In this document: positions 1 through 12,000 of the stretch, in pieces
Numbering within the stretch: the first letter of the stretch is position 1
How the letters are laid out: every line of letters begins with the position of its first letter
From: Chara braunii
Lineage: Eukaryota; Plantae; Charophyceae
Reading direction: 5' to 3'
Length of the DNA stretch: 56,338 bases
NCBI GenBank assembly: GCA_003427395.1
Contig: BFEA01000005.1
Coordinates: 6,304,970-6,361,307, forward strand
Notes under the pieces: model-generated
Databases searched by the model: none
Told to the model about the DNA's origin: nothing
Seen by the model: the letters and a program-made list of their open reading frames with translations, nothing else
Program-made: the position numbers and the translations under genes

Positions 1-375
1 AAAAAAAAAAAAAAGAAGCCATTTTGGACTGCGCCCGGCCGTGGGTGGCGGCCAGATGCACAACCAAAACCAGGGACTTGATGTTCCGAGTGGAACATCA
101 AGATTCCCAGCCCTCGATCGAAGTTCAGATCGAGGGTTAGGCTCAGCCCCGTTTTTTTGGTTGAGCCTCAAGTGGCTGACCACCACTCCAACCCAACTAT
201 AAAAGCAGGACTGGCCAGCAACATCCTCACTCAGTTGAGGTCCTGCCCACATTCTGACTGAATGTGGAGTAGTGAGCAGCATTATGCTGAGAGGTGGAGT
301 GGAGTGGAGGTCTGCAGTGAACGTGGGAGTGAAGGCTGCCATAGCCACCACGTCATTTGGTGGAGTGCAGGGAAG

Positions 376-745
376 GTGCTGCCTGCACAGCACGGCTGCG
401 GCAACTGTTTTTGCTATGGTGCACGGGAAGCTCTGTCCGTTTTGCACGGCAGCGGCAGGTCTTCCGCGAGCGGTGTAGGGGAGGCTTTGCCCTTTTTGCA
501 CGGCGGCGGCAGTGTAATTTTGCTAGTGCTGCGGAAGCGCTGTCGAAATTTTGCGGCGGCTGCACATGTTTTAACAGCAGTGGTGCGGAAGCGCTGCCGG
601 TTTTGCACGGCGGCATCGACACTGTCAGTGAGGAAGTGTTGCCATTTTTGGTACAGCGGCAGCGACGTTGTCAAGGGGAGGTATTGTCCATTTGGAGGTT
701 CGACAATGGCGGCAGTGCTGCCGGACTTTTGCAGCGGGGTGGAGC
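376..745 (+). repeat. Degenerate ~55-bp tandem repeat of GC-rich hairpins with T-rich loops
   Basis: A recurring GGAAGCGCTGCCG..TTTTGCACGGCGGC-like unit occurs near 424, 478, 531, 585, 630 and 711. A TATAAAA lies at ~198. Confidence 0.6.
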
Positions 746-2671
746 TGGTTTTCTGTGTTGATGTGTGATTGGGAGGTGATGCCGCACGGCGACATAGTAC
801 CATTGACGACGCAGCAAGCAGTGGTCCGCATAATTTTTGTGGTGCGCGGCTGTTAAGGTGAATTCGGTGTGGCCTAGAGGTTGGGCTAATGCCGATGCAC
901 GATTGGAATTGTGCGGTAGTGGTGTGTAGGCCGGTGACATGAGGGGGACACGGAGTGAGTGCTCGCGTATTGGAGTTGCAGCGCTTGCGGTTTGTGCCAG
1001 AAGGACATCCTTAATTTTTGAAGAGGCTCGCGGCACATGCAGTTTCAACCAGGGCCACCTTTATTTTTTTGGCGACGCGGAATGCAAGGGGGATTTGAGA
1101 GTGAGACCATTCAGTGCTGTAGCGGCGACGTGGGACCATCTGGGACCATTTTTAGGATCAGGTAGGACTGATTTTGAGATCGGAACCAACATATTGGTGG
1201 TTATTGTGAGCGTGCGTGGTGCTTGGAGAAGGTGTGGACTTGCGATTGGTTGTGAGTATCCTTGATAAGGGAAGTACAATTGAGTCTGTTGGGATCACGT
1301 GGGAGTCCTTGTTGGGGACACCCTCATGGAGGGTTATCTCGCTTCAGTTTTCCAGCGGATGTGACTTTCGCTCATTTTTGCCCTTGAAGAGTAAGGTGGT
1401 CGTTATTCAGTGGAACGACCATGAGTCGTGGAGTTGTGAGCTGCGTATTTTTAGCTTTAACGACGATCGTCTCTTCAACTTTGACTAGAATACGACTCGG
1501 CTTTCTTGAGTGAGCCGGATCAAACTTCACTCAAGGTCAGTTGAATGATTCAGACTTCTCTTCACTTTTGTGTGAACCCACACTTTGCTTGACCCTGTTG
1601 TTTTGGACGTTTGAAAGAAAAGGTAGAGGAAAGTTGTGTGAATCATGCATGTGAATGGAAAAGTCTGACTTGAATATGGGATTGTACTGTTTTCTTTGCA
1701 TGTTGTGCAGGTAGGTAGAAAGATGCTTGCTACGGAGATTGGCATTGCCAATTTGGGAGGGAGAAAAGGATTGTCATGTTTTTATCTTTCACTTGCCTGC
1801 ATGACAAAAGTACTTGAATTATGAAATGAGTAGTTTCAACGGGTGCCATGAAAAAAAACGTGTGAATAAAAAGAAAATGCAGTCAATTGGACTTAGCATT
1901 TTTCTAGGATTGACACATTTTATCCGGAATATCCTTGTATATATATACTTGTCAAAGTGATTCTCATTCTCTATTTCATTCAAGTTCTTCATGTCTAAGT
2001 TACCATGAACCTAAAAGGGATGAGAATAATTGAAAACTACTTGCGGTCAACGCATTCTCTTTTCTCTAGGAAGCATCCAAGGCGGGGGTTCGTATGCTTT
2101 CGGAGCCGGCCCTGTTATCGACTTGGAGTGGACCCGACTTGTTGGGGGTGGTACTTTGCCGACTCGGTGGTGATGGCCCAACCTCTGAGATCCGGGCCTG
2201 CGGGCTCGGACGAGGGGAAGGAGTATCCACAGACCACTTCCTAGAGGTGAGGCATGCAACTTCAAGCCATGCACCTGATTGAGAATCATCCGCGAAGCCA
2301 CCTGTTAGCCAGAAAGATTAAGAATGTATGGAGGTAGGCGTATGCATGTTTAATCATAGGTCGGTGTTCGTTGGAATGAATAATTTTGGCAGCGCGTCTC
2401 ATCAAGCCAAAACCTAGGCAGTCCGACTACTTGGTCGGCAACGTCAAAGTAATTATCGGTAGTCAACTTCTCGTAGGCAATTGTATGATCGTTTTGTGGA
2501 ATTCGATCCGGGGTGGTCGGATTGTTCTTAATATCGTGTTGTTGGATCTACCATATGATGATTCTGATTCTTTCAGTCATCTTTTCAGGTTGGGCATGTT
2601 GTTGTCGACCACGGTCGACTCTTTTTGGTGAAATTATGTGTGTTTGTTATAACCTTCTTTTGATTGTGTGT

Positions 2672-3163
2672 CTAAGGGACTAGGATTAATTTTGTGATTT
2701 CACGCTTGGTTGAGACCGTCCTAGTCGACCGGCGTCCGCTTCGTACTTAGGAGATCAGCGCCCTAAGGAATGCACGACGTTCGGGTCCACTTGGCGTTAA
2801 CCAACGTATCTATACTACGACGAATGAGCAAACCCCCTCGGCAGACCTACCTCTGCAATTGCATCTAAAAACTTTCGCATGTGGGTCGGTAGCTCGATAG
2901 GGATACGCCCCTAAGGGTGGTGACAGCCCCTTAGGGAAGCAAGCTAATGCCCCGCGGGAACCTATCCTGTCGTAGGGGACCATGAGATGTATTGCTGGTG
3001 CACCCGGCTAGAGCGGCGAAGGAGCGATGCAACCACGTCCGTCTCGGCGGTTCGTGGGATATTTATACGTCGTTCCTGAGTTGTCTCTGATTTTGTTTTG
3101 TTTTACTCCTGCGTGACATGGTCGGGAGGGCCCTCGTTCACGCGAGGGCCGATGCGCTCGACA
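2672..3163 (+). mobile_element. 3' part of an LTR (solo or 3' LTR remnant) related to the LTR ending at 23985
   Basis: Colinear similarity to 23517-23985 (CCGTCCTAGTCGACC, AAAAACTTT, GGTAGCTCGA, TGGTGACA, CCTATCCTGTC, CCTGCGTGAC, CGATGCGCTCRACA). Ends in CA with no PBS after it. Confidence 0.7.
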
Positions 3164-3811
3164 GCGCGTTAACGACCTCGTCGGAGAAAAATAGATGGGC
3201 AAGGTACTGGTGGCTTAAAGAAAGGAAAAGTAAAGAGGGAATTAAAGGAAAAAAAATAAAGGAGAACGAGGAAAAGGCCTCGTATCAAGTTTGTACCCCG
3301 ATCTGAAATGTCCTTTTAGTTCTGACTGATCTGAAGGTTTTTGGCTCTAGTGGCGATATACGTATCGTAAGGGTTTTAAAATTTTCATTTTATAATTTCA
3401 AACTTAGTCCCCCTCCGGGTCATTTCGCGGGAGGGGGGCCACAACCGGTTTGCCTTTGAAATCGAGGGTCGCTAGCATGTGGCCTAGACTGGTCCAACCC
3501 TTTGCGTTCCGTTTACCTCACGCGCGGTCGGCTGAAAACTGCTTCGTAAGGCTCCAAGAGGGGAGCACCCGCAACCGCTTCGGTAGGAAACTCATCACCT
3601 CCACGAGGAGGTCATGAGCCCGCTCCTTACCATCGGACCCGGGTACCCATCAACTATGGTTCGACATCCTCTTTTGAGGAAGGGATTAATCGGTCGGTAT
3701 CCCGATTTTGGGACCACCGCTCACCAAGTTTACAATCTTTGGTCTGCACTCCAGTAGTGACCGTTGAGAATCATTCTAATTTTAAATAATTATTGCTTTC
3801 AGACAAAAGGG

Positions 3812-3815
<4 letters not shown>

Positions 3816-3856
<41 letters not shown>
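3816..3856. repeat. (AT)n microsatellite
   Basis: Seen directly. Confidence 0.98.
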
Positions 3857-3858
<2 letters not shown>

Positions 3859-6299
3859 AGTTTTTTTGGTATTTGATTATGAATAAATGAGTATTGAGGA
3901 ATTTAACACTTTTCATTCTATATGTAGAGGTTGCGACCTCCTGAAAGACTTATAAGAGAGCACCAGGCATGTCATTTTGCTACGGGCTTGTCAGTGAGCG
4001 TCAGACACGCTCCCCCGTTGTCCGAGAGTTGGGACGCTGGTCGTGGCTCGCAACTTAATAGCATCTTTGCCCACACCGTGAGTTTACAGGCTGAAGTTGC
4101 GCGCTATTTGGAGTTGACAGCCCGGTACCGTATCCAGTCTATTCAAGGGAGAATCGGCTATGGCGCTCTGCGATGACCTTTATGGCTATAGGCCAGACTA
4201 TTGGAACCTGATAACACGTTGGTCCCCGATGTCTAGGGAGGGTCCCTAGATAACCACTATTCAGAACGGGGGAGACGAGGTAAAGTTAATGGTCGAAGTA
4301 GAAGGGGCGATAGAGGCGGAGATGAGAGACAACCTGAAACTACGGGCTGCGGTCACGGAGGCGAAGAACAAGGCGAAAAGAAGGTGTCGAAGGGATGGGG
4401 TCACGGAGGAGATGCAGGTAACAATCACGTATCATGAGGTGGAGACCTCCACTGATACGGTGGAGCGTGAGCAACGACATCTAGACTGCGATTCAGAGGC
4501 TGGGAGTGAGGGCGATCTGGGGCGGAGACTCAGTCCTGGCACGGTCTGGACCAGTGGCGACGGGACCACCCGCCCACTGAATATGTGGAGAGCGGCCCAG
4601 AGGCCAACTCGCGACAACGGGACCAGGCCCGGTAGGCAACTCCGAGGGGGAGACCAACACTCAATAGTGACAGGGCCAAGAAAACTAAGTGGACTTAGGC
4701 ATGACGGGGTGAGAGAGGTGTGTGAGAGAGCATGTTGGGATTTTTTTTTAGGGAGTACAGGCGGCATGCTCAACCCGCGAACACGTCTCTTGTTGACGTC
4801 ACCACTATTGCAGAGGCGATAGCTCTGAGTAGAAGTCTACGAGACTGTCGTGCAGTGAATGAGAAGAAAAAGGAGTGCTAAGGGGTCAGAAGCGGGGGTC
4901 AGCCGCGATCGATGAGGGAGAGGCCAGACTCTTTGGGTATGACAAATGCCTGCGGTTTCCATCATCTGCTCGGAAGATCATCATCATCTTGTGCTGAGTC
5001 TTTTGTCGTCGGGAAGTATGCACTTGCTCCTCCGGGTTCGCACCTACGACACTGCTTTCTTGAATGAGCGGTCGAGGAAGGATTTGAGATTTGTGAGTAG
5101 TGCACTTCATGCATGATCAGTGTGGCAACGCGTTAGCTATTGCACAAAGGAGAGAGATAAGGGTCACAGGTCATGGCGGACACTACTTACTCTGAGTATG
5201 TTATGTGCACAGGTGAAATAGTTGACGTCATCATCTCCATCCCTGCTCAGCTCCTGTTGACCTTCTAGTGTGCGAGTTTACGAACTGCTATCTGCAGTTG
5301 TGGCTGAGTGGAAGGTCAGGAGGTGGGGATGGTTAACTATGTGTACGTTACTGTGCCGAGAACGCACGAGAGACGTGAATAACAGGTTATTGGTTGTTGT
5401 AAGGCCAACTTTGGAAGATACGTGCGTCTAATCACGCTGCCACTTTCTTCCTTTGGGCGCTAGCACTCTCGTGCTTTGCTTCTCATCATCTTTTGCTGTG
5501 CCTACGCTGATCAACATGCGTCTGCGTGGATGAAAACCTCTCATCTACTAAGCCACTGAGAAAGGCTACGCACTTAGACACTAACGTCTATTGTGAAAAG
5601 AGTCCTATGATGATTAGTCACCTTCCTGGCTATAAGGACGAATAACAAAGAGAGGTCGGGGCTACCATGCATTTACGACCATCGCAGGAGATATGACTTG
5701 CTTGTCCTTCACTCTGATACTATTGTGGTAACGACGGGCTCCTAGAACAACTTGCCAATTACTCTCGCTGTACTTCGAGCGTGCTTACCGACTTTTTGAG
5801 TCGTGAGTATCTAACAAGTCCCTGAACGGGAATGGAATGAGATCAGTTTTATTCTTACTGGCGTGAGCAATTTCCTGTCTCTGGCATGATGCCATTTCAT
5901 CACAAAAGAAGTCGTTATTTGCTCGTTAATTCATCCGTTACTAGTACCAGGTCAGTTGAAAGACCTCACAGAAAAAATGGTTACTGGTACCTCCAGTTAT
6001 TATCATCTGGAAATCATACTCGCTTGGATACTGCCTCTATAAGCGGGGAGCGTTGTCTGCTAACTCTTTTAGAGAGTTCGTGTGGCTGGTTTAGACTGAA
6101 CCATTAGGATTGTTATTGGACGTTCTTAAATCAATAAAAGGAAAAGGCGTGACAAAAATTGTGGCCATTCAGGGTAAGTACGTTGAACAGGGTCTGAACC
6201 AATGCTCAAAGTTGCAGTGCCAAGCACAGACAAACCTCGCATTTCAACTTGCCAAGCGGCGTGTGAATATGCCCCGAACTGAGGGTTATCGCTTTCAAG

Positions 6300-7118
6300 T
6301 GCAGTATTTCTACTGAAGGAGTTGCCTCTTGAGTACCAATACTAGAGAATCTTGTACCCGACACAACACCCTTGCAATTACTGCGCAAATCAAGGACGGA
6401 CCCTCGCATTTAAGTCTTCAGAAAAAACCACTTGGGAATGACTCTAATGAAATCTATAATTAGGGATTGGCTAGTGATTCATGATGAACTGCATATACAG
6501 CGCGCTGACAAATGCGTTGCTGATTTATCAAGTCAATCGGGGCATTTCTGACAAAAGTTTAATCCCATGTCATTTTGCCTTATCCTAAATAGCTACTTAT
6601 CAACTCTGGGGATCGGTGATTTGGGTTGTTTTTTACTAACGATATCACGCAAGTTGTTCAGTCTGCATACTGGTCTCTTATACACATCTAGATGTGTATA
6701 AGAGACAGGCATACTGAGTGTACGAATCTGCAGTATTTCTACTGAAGGAGTTGCCTCTTGAGTACCAATACTAGAGAATCTTGTACCCGACATAACACCC
6801 TTGCAATTACTGCGCAGATCAAGGACGGACCCTCGCATTCAAGTCTTCAGTAAAAAACCATTTGGGGATGACTCTAATGAAATCTATAATCAGGGATTGG
6901 CTGGTGATTCGTGATGAACTGCATATACAGCGCGCTGACAAACGCATTGCTGATTAATCAAGTCAATCGGAGCAGTTATGACAAAAGTCTTATCCCATGT
7001 CATTTTGCCTTATCCTAAATAGCTACTTATCAACTCTGGGGATCGGTGATTTGGGTTGTTTTTTACTAACGATATCACGCAAGTTGTTCAGTAAGCATAC
7101 TGAGTGTGCGAATCTGCA
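6300..7118 (+). repeat. Tandem duplication of a ~386-bp unit (6300-6728 and 6729-7114)
   Basis: Both copies start TGCAGTATTTCTACTGAAGG and differ by scattered substitutions. TGCA microhomology occurs at the junctions. Confidence 0.9.
6673..6708. other. Nextera mate-pair junction adapter (assembly contamination)
   Basis: GTCTCTTATACACATCTAGATGTGTATAAGAGACAG equals two head-to-head Tn5 mosaic ends, i.e. 36 of the 38 nt of the Nextera junction adapter. Confidence 0.97.
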
Positions 7119-7394
7119 AAAGTACTCTACGGTCATTTCAATAAGCCTAAACAACCTCCCCAATTATCCTTTGTGACTTAGTCAACGCCCGACAGTATCA
7201 AGTCATGTGAATAAGTGGCAAAAAACACAATCAACTCTTGCGTGAAAATATTAAGAGTTCCTGTTTTTGTCTTGAACCTTACTAAGGCTGGCAATCCGTT
7301 ACTAGCAGTGAACTTGAAAGCACGCCCTTAAGTGACCTAGTTGGTCACCGAAGGGTAGTTGATGCGAGGCCTTGCGGATAATAAAAAAAAATTA

Positions 7395-8530
7395 TGGGAA
7401 GCGTAGATAAGGTGGGAATGACTTGCACTCTCTATCGGGACAAAAATGACGGTTGGGAGGAAGAAGCAATCAGGGACATCCAATACAGTCTAGAACTAAT
7501 GAGAGTGAGTGCGTTGGAATTAGTAAGGGGGCAAAAATACATTGCCTACACTTTTTATTTCTATGGATAAGACAGACGGTTTCGTAGCACACTCTCTTAC
7601 ATTGAGACTGCTGGTCAAGCAAAGAAGGGCGTTAGTAGTCAACAGTAAGAGTAAAAAAAAAAAAAAAAAAAAAGGCGGAGGGATATGTCAAATAGCCGAA
7701 CGAACAGCCTAAGCGAGAAGACATTGGGACATTATATGGCAACGTTCAAAAGTCAGATGTGAGGCAGGCCACCCAATATTGTCATGAGACAAAATACCAG
7801 TCAAGTGCACTAAACAGTTTGAATTTGGTCAGTGAGGCAATTGACAGTCTCTCCGCTTGACACAGTTGATCAAATCAACTAATTCATTAGAATTTAGTTG
7901 TTCATAATTTACACACAAGTAAAGTCCGGTCATTTCCGGTCGAAGGGTCAGTTTTGACCAATCTCAATCTGATAGCCCGCAAAGGTGTTTTTGAGTATCG
8001 GTATGTCAGTGCAGTTGGCTTAAAACGTGATGATCTATCAATCTTCGTTGTCCTCACCAGTTTCACTGCGGATACCATCTATGACCTGAGGCTCTACGTG
8101 AAGAGGGGTAAAGAGACTCATGAGCAATTCGACTCGGTCTGGCTTTCGACAGTAAAATATCTTGAGAAGAAAGAGAGGGAGCTCGATGAGAGTGGTGTCA
8201 AGCTGGTCCGCAACCTTGGACCGAAGCTCTACACTAATTACCCAGACCTCCTGTCCCTTTTCCTCTCACGGCACCTGTTGGGGTGACTTGGTTTATCTAG
8301 CCAAGAAATACATCTCATCGGTAGAGATTGATTACGAATCAGTGACCGAGCCTTCGAAGTTTCGACATCTTAGGAGAGGGGTTTTCTACAGGCCCTACCT
8401 TTCTACTCTGTGGGAGAAATTTTGTGTTATGGTTGACTTTCGTGTCATGAGTCTTGAGTGGAAGTGTTCGGAACTTGCAGGGTTCAGGTGACTCTACATT
8501 CAGAGGCCACAATCTAAGGAGGTACAAAGG
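7395..8530 (+). pseudogene. Decayed ORF related to the extra ORF downstream of the PBS at 9055
   Basis: IFVVLTSFTADTIYDLRLYVK (8041-8103) aligns ungapped with IYIVLTCFLEADIYDIRPYVK (9498-9560). A partial further copy YIAYTFYFYG is at 7538. Confidence 0.5.
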
Positions 8531-9054
8531 CATGGCTCAAGACACAGGAAACACACAACCAAATGAAAGATTAATGATGAGACTTTAGAGGGATGAGTGA
8601 GGATTCCTGACTAGTGTTGACTGTGTTTTTTCATTGTACTCTCCTGGGATTATTATGAGTTTTCATTCTTCCCTCATTTATCTTTGTCATTGATCCAGTC
8701 AGTCGGTCTTGCTTCAATTGCATCGACTCTGCTTAGTGATTGTGTTCTTTGTTGATCTTGTCACAGTTTAAAAAAAATAAATAATTGGTAGAATTGATGC
8801 ATGGTACACCTGAATTTCGTGATTAATTTTGCATATTTTTTGTTGTTCCAAATCAAAATAAAAGATTCCTAAGACTGGGGACAGACGAAGACCGTAATTG
8901 AAGAGTCTCGCTCGAAGCCGGACGCACAGCACAAGAAGAAATTTGCTTTATTTAATTTATCTTATTTATTGCAAACATCATCAAAATCCTCCGTGACAGC
9001 CTGTTGACTTTCTGGTCGCCCGAAGAGGCCTGACTTGAAAAAATGCGACAAAAA

Positions 9055-9072
9055 TGGTGCCGTTGCCGGGGA
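9055..9072 (+). promoter_or_regulatory. Retrotransposon primer-binding site, tRNA-Asp type
   Basis: TGGTGCCGTTGCCGGGGA lies 4 nt after an LTR-like end TGCGACA (9050). It is complementary to the 3' end of plant cytosolic tRNA-Asp(GUC), as in Athila-type PBSs. Confidence 0.85.
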
Positions 9073-12000
9073 CATGAATTTTTTTTTATCTCCGGAACAA
9101 GCCTGGTTCAGCAAACGCTTTGAGCTTTTGATTAGGGTTTGAGAACTGTTGACAATCTCTGAATTTTCAGACCGAATCTACTATCTTGATTGAGACATTA
9201 TTCCCTTGGAAATCTCAGTTGCTGACTAAGTCTTCTCTCGTCATGTGTGAGGTGTCACACTGAACTGGAGAAGAAGACTGGCATTATTCGTTGGAGAAGG
9301 TCAGGCTTCATCACAAGTATGTCTTATGAGCTCTTGACATCCCTAAAACACTGAGAAAGAAGAGAATGAGTCAGAAGCCTAAAGACTTCATTAAGAATGC
9401 TAACTACTGACGCATTGAAAAAACTCTTAAAATTAACTATTAACGAGATATTCCCACACCAGTACATTGTTGGGTCTACCATTCTGGCAGTGTGACCATC
9501 TATATAGTGCTGACTTGCTTCTTGGAGGCAGATATCTACGATATTCGTCCTTATGTCAAGAAGGAAGACTGCAAAGAAGGTGAGGTCTTTAACTGGTTAT
9601 GACAAATAGTTGTTCAATCTACCTATGACGAAAAGACAGATTTAATCAAACGAAAAAAAAAGTGGAATGGGGGTTAATGTCAGTAACCTATCATACAATT
9701 TCAATTCCTCTTATCCCTAACAACCACTATGACGGAGTTAACTGACTGCTAATCATTAACATGGTATTGAAGTGGAAAAAAAAAGGTGAGAGTGAAAAAA
9801 AATTCAGCTGAGAAAATCTGTCAGCGAAGATCAGAATTTAGCAAAGAGTCAGATTCAAACAGAGAAAAGGTTGACTGTCTCGTGAAATCATTGAATGCTC
9901 TAAGTAAGAAAGAAGTGTTCCCATATGAGGTTGTCACGTATGAGATGGTCGAGAGTGAATGAAAACAAGAATGATTCTATATTCTTACGTTCTATTTCAT
10001 CGAGTTGGACACGCATGATATAAGGATTTATGTTCCCAAAGAAAGAAGTGTTGAGGTTGTGTATGAGAGATGCTGGAGATTTGTTGAGGAAGTTGTGTTG
10101 AAAGAGAAAGAGAGACTTGAGAAGGAAAAAAAATAAGTGCTTCATTGGATCCACCCAGTTTGCTATTTTTGAGGGATTCCTAACTCCTCCTCTGCCTGAT
10201 ATCAGTCTGTCAATGAACAACTGGTCTGCTGTGATTAAGCTTCTACTGAGGGTGAGAGGGGAAGATTAAAGGCTCTAATGAGTCAGCCGTACAGACCTCA
10301 AAAAGTGAGACCCTGGTTCAGACTGGGAAAAAAACATGGGAGGTTGAGTAACAAAGAATCAGAAAAGCTATCGAATTTCCTTAACTCCATAACAAAGAGA
10401 GTCGTATTTCTCTATGAGATTGTGAGATATGAGACACTAAAGAATATGGGATGATAACATGAGAGTGTATATGTTTTTACCTGCTACTTTATTGATTTCG
10501 ATGAGTTTGATATTGGGATTTATGTGTTACGACAAAAGCTCGAAGGGTGTAGAAATAACTGATGTTGAGAGCGAGCAGTAAACATTGTACACGACGAAGG
10601 AATAAGATTTGAATAAGAGGGTGAGAGTTTATCTTGGAGTACTTATGCTAGACCTTTCACCGGGATACCATCCCTTCTGTTGAAGGGCTTACGCTTTCAA
10701 GGGACAATTAGTTAACCATTATAGATTTTGTATGGAAGGTGAAGAGGACTCAAGGAGAATACTCTCGGTAGCAAGGATAATTGTTGTGAGAGGCAAACTT
10801 TATGAAGTGACATAGTCCAATAATTTCTTTGTAATTCTGAAATATGAAACATGTGTAAGAGGGCATTTAATATTTCACATTCCAGTAGTTAAATTCATGA
10901 ATAATCGCAGTGTGAACGTAAAAATTTACACCCCAGCATGCCTAGAGAAAGAAACTGATTATTTGGAATGTCGGATGGGTGCTTATGTCAGTCTTATGAG
11001 GACAAAAAAGTGACTTGAAAAGTTACAAAGAAATGTAACTTGGGGGAAAGGAATAAGACAATTTGAGAGACTTCCTAACTTTTTTACTATTGATGGCTTT
11101 GATAACATGGAAGATTGGTTGCCTCTCCTAGAAGTTATTGCCATAGTAGGTAACACGAGGGGGAGTGACTTCACAATGGTGATAAAGTTTTTACTTCTAA
11201 ATACCTTTAAATACCAGTTTGAGATCCCTGACTATACTCACTTTGAGGTCTACCTCTCCTGACACTATCTATAATGATCAAATAATGTCGGGCTCTGTTG
11301 AGTAATTTGAGTTGCATTGGAAGGAAGGATAGTCAAGACAGAAGGTACACTACGGATCTCAAAGGGAGTCTCTCTACCTTGGATGAACTTGAGTTATTGC
11401 AACCTTTCTTTGATCGAATGAGAGATTATGCTTTGAGAGTTGTCACTGACCAGACTGATATCAACTATTTACTGAAGGTAGTGAAAGTGAGGACTACCAA
11501 GATAATATTTTATCACTCCTCCAGAGAACGAGTCTCTCTTGCCAGAAGAATCAACAATGGTTCATAAACAATTCAATTTGACTATGAGATTACAGACTTG
11601 ACACGATACTTTATGATTCGGGGAATTGTGAAAGGGTATAACAGAAGACTGAGTAGGGATGATGAGAGAGAACTGATTGAGAATTATATTGGAAAGCTGA
11701 AAAGAATTGCGTTGCCCTTGATCACCACTCAGTATATTATTGCCTACACTCTCTACGTACATAATTCTTAAGAGGTAGAACAAACAAGAGAGCAGAGAGA
11801 CGAGCCCGTATCTCTTGCGATAAGGGTAAAGGATTAAGAGTGAGAAAGAAGAGGTCAAGAGTGACAAAAAGAGAAAAAAAAGAACATTAGGGAAAGTTAA
11901 TGGTCAAAATGGTTGGACGAAGGAAACCCTGCTCTTCTGTGGGGACTCATGAAGAGACCCTAGTAGGAGTCATACGAGAACGCATCGAGAGAGTTGATAC

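Larger units (their letters stand above)
5450..7300 (-). pseudogene. Possible heavily decayed hAT-like transposase remnant
   Basis: Minus-strand fragments resemble hAT motifs in the correct order: VLDLRSN (DNASN-like), CLALQL*ALVQ (CxxHxLNLLVQ-like), S*WFSL (TRW-like) and, ~560 bp later, DERFSS (ERxFS-like). Many stops and frameshifts. Confidence 0.3.

Noticed and set aside
262-856. Overlapping ORFs of 68-168 aa
   Set aside because: They are open in several frames on both strands because of the GC-rich repeat, with no recognisable protein.
3011-3050. Group II intron domain V-like hairpin (GAGCGG...CACGTCCGTCTCGGCGG)
   Set aside because: The pairing register does not preserve the AGC triad geometry, and the segment is not conserved in the homologue near 23900.
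4289-4822. 177-aa ORF
   Set aside because: It has no recognisable motif and lies in decayed repetitive context.
6673-6708. Genuine Tn5/IS50 insertion or horizontal transfer
   Set aside because: It is the synthetic mosaic-end dimer of the Nextera junction adapter with no transposase.
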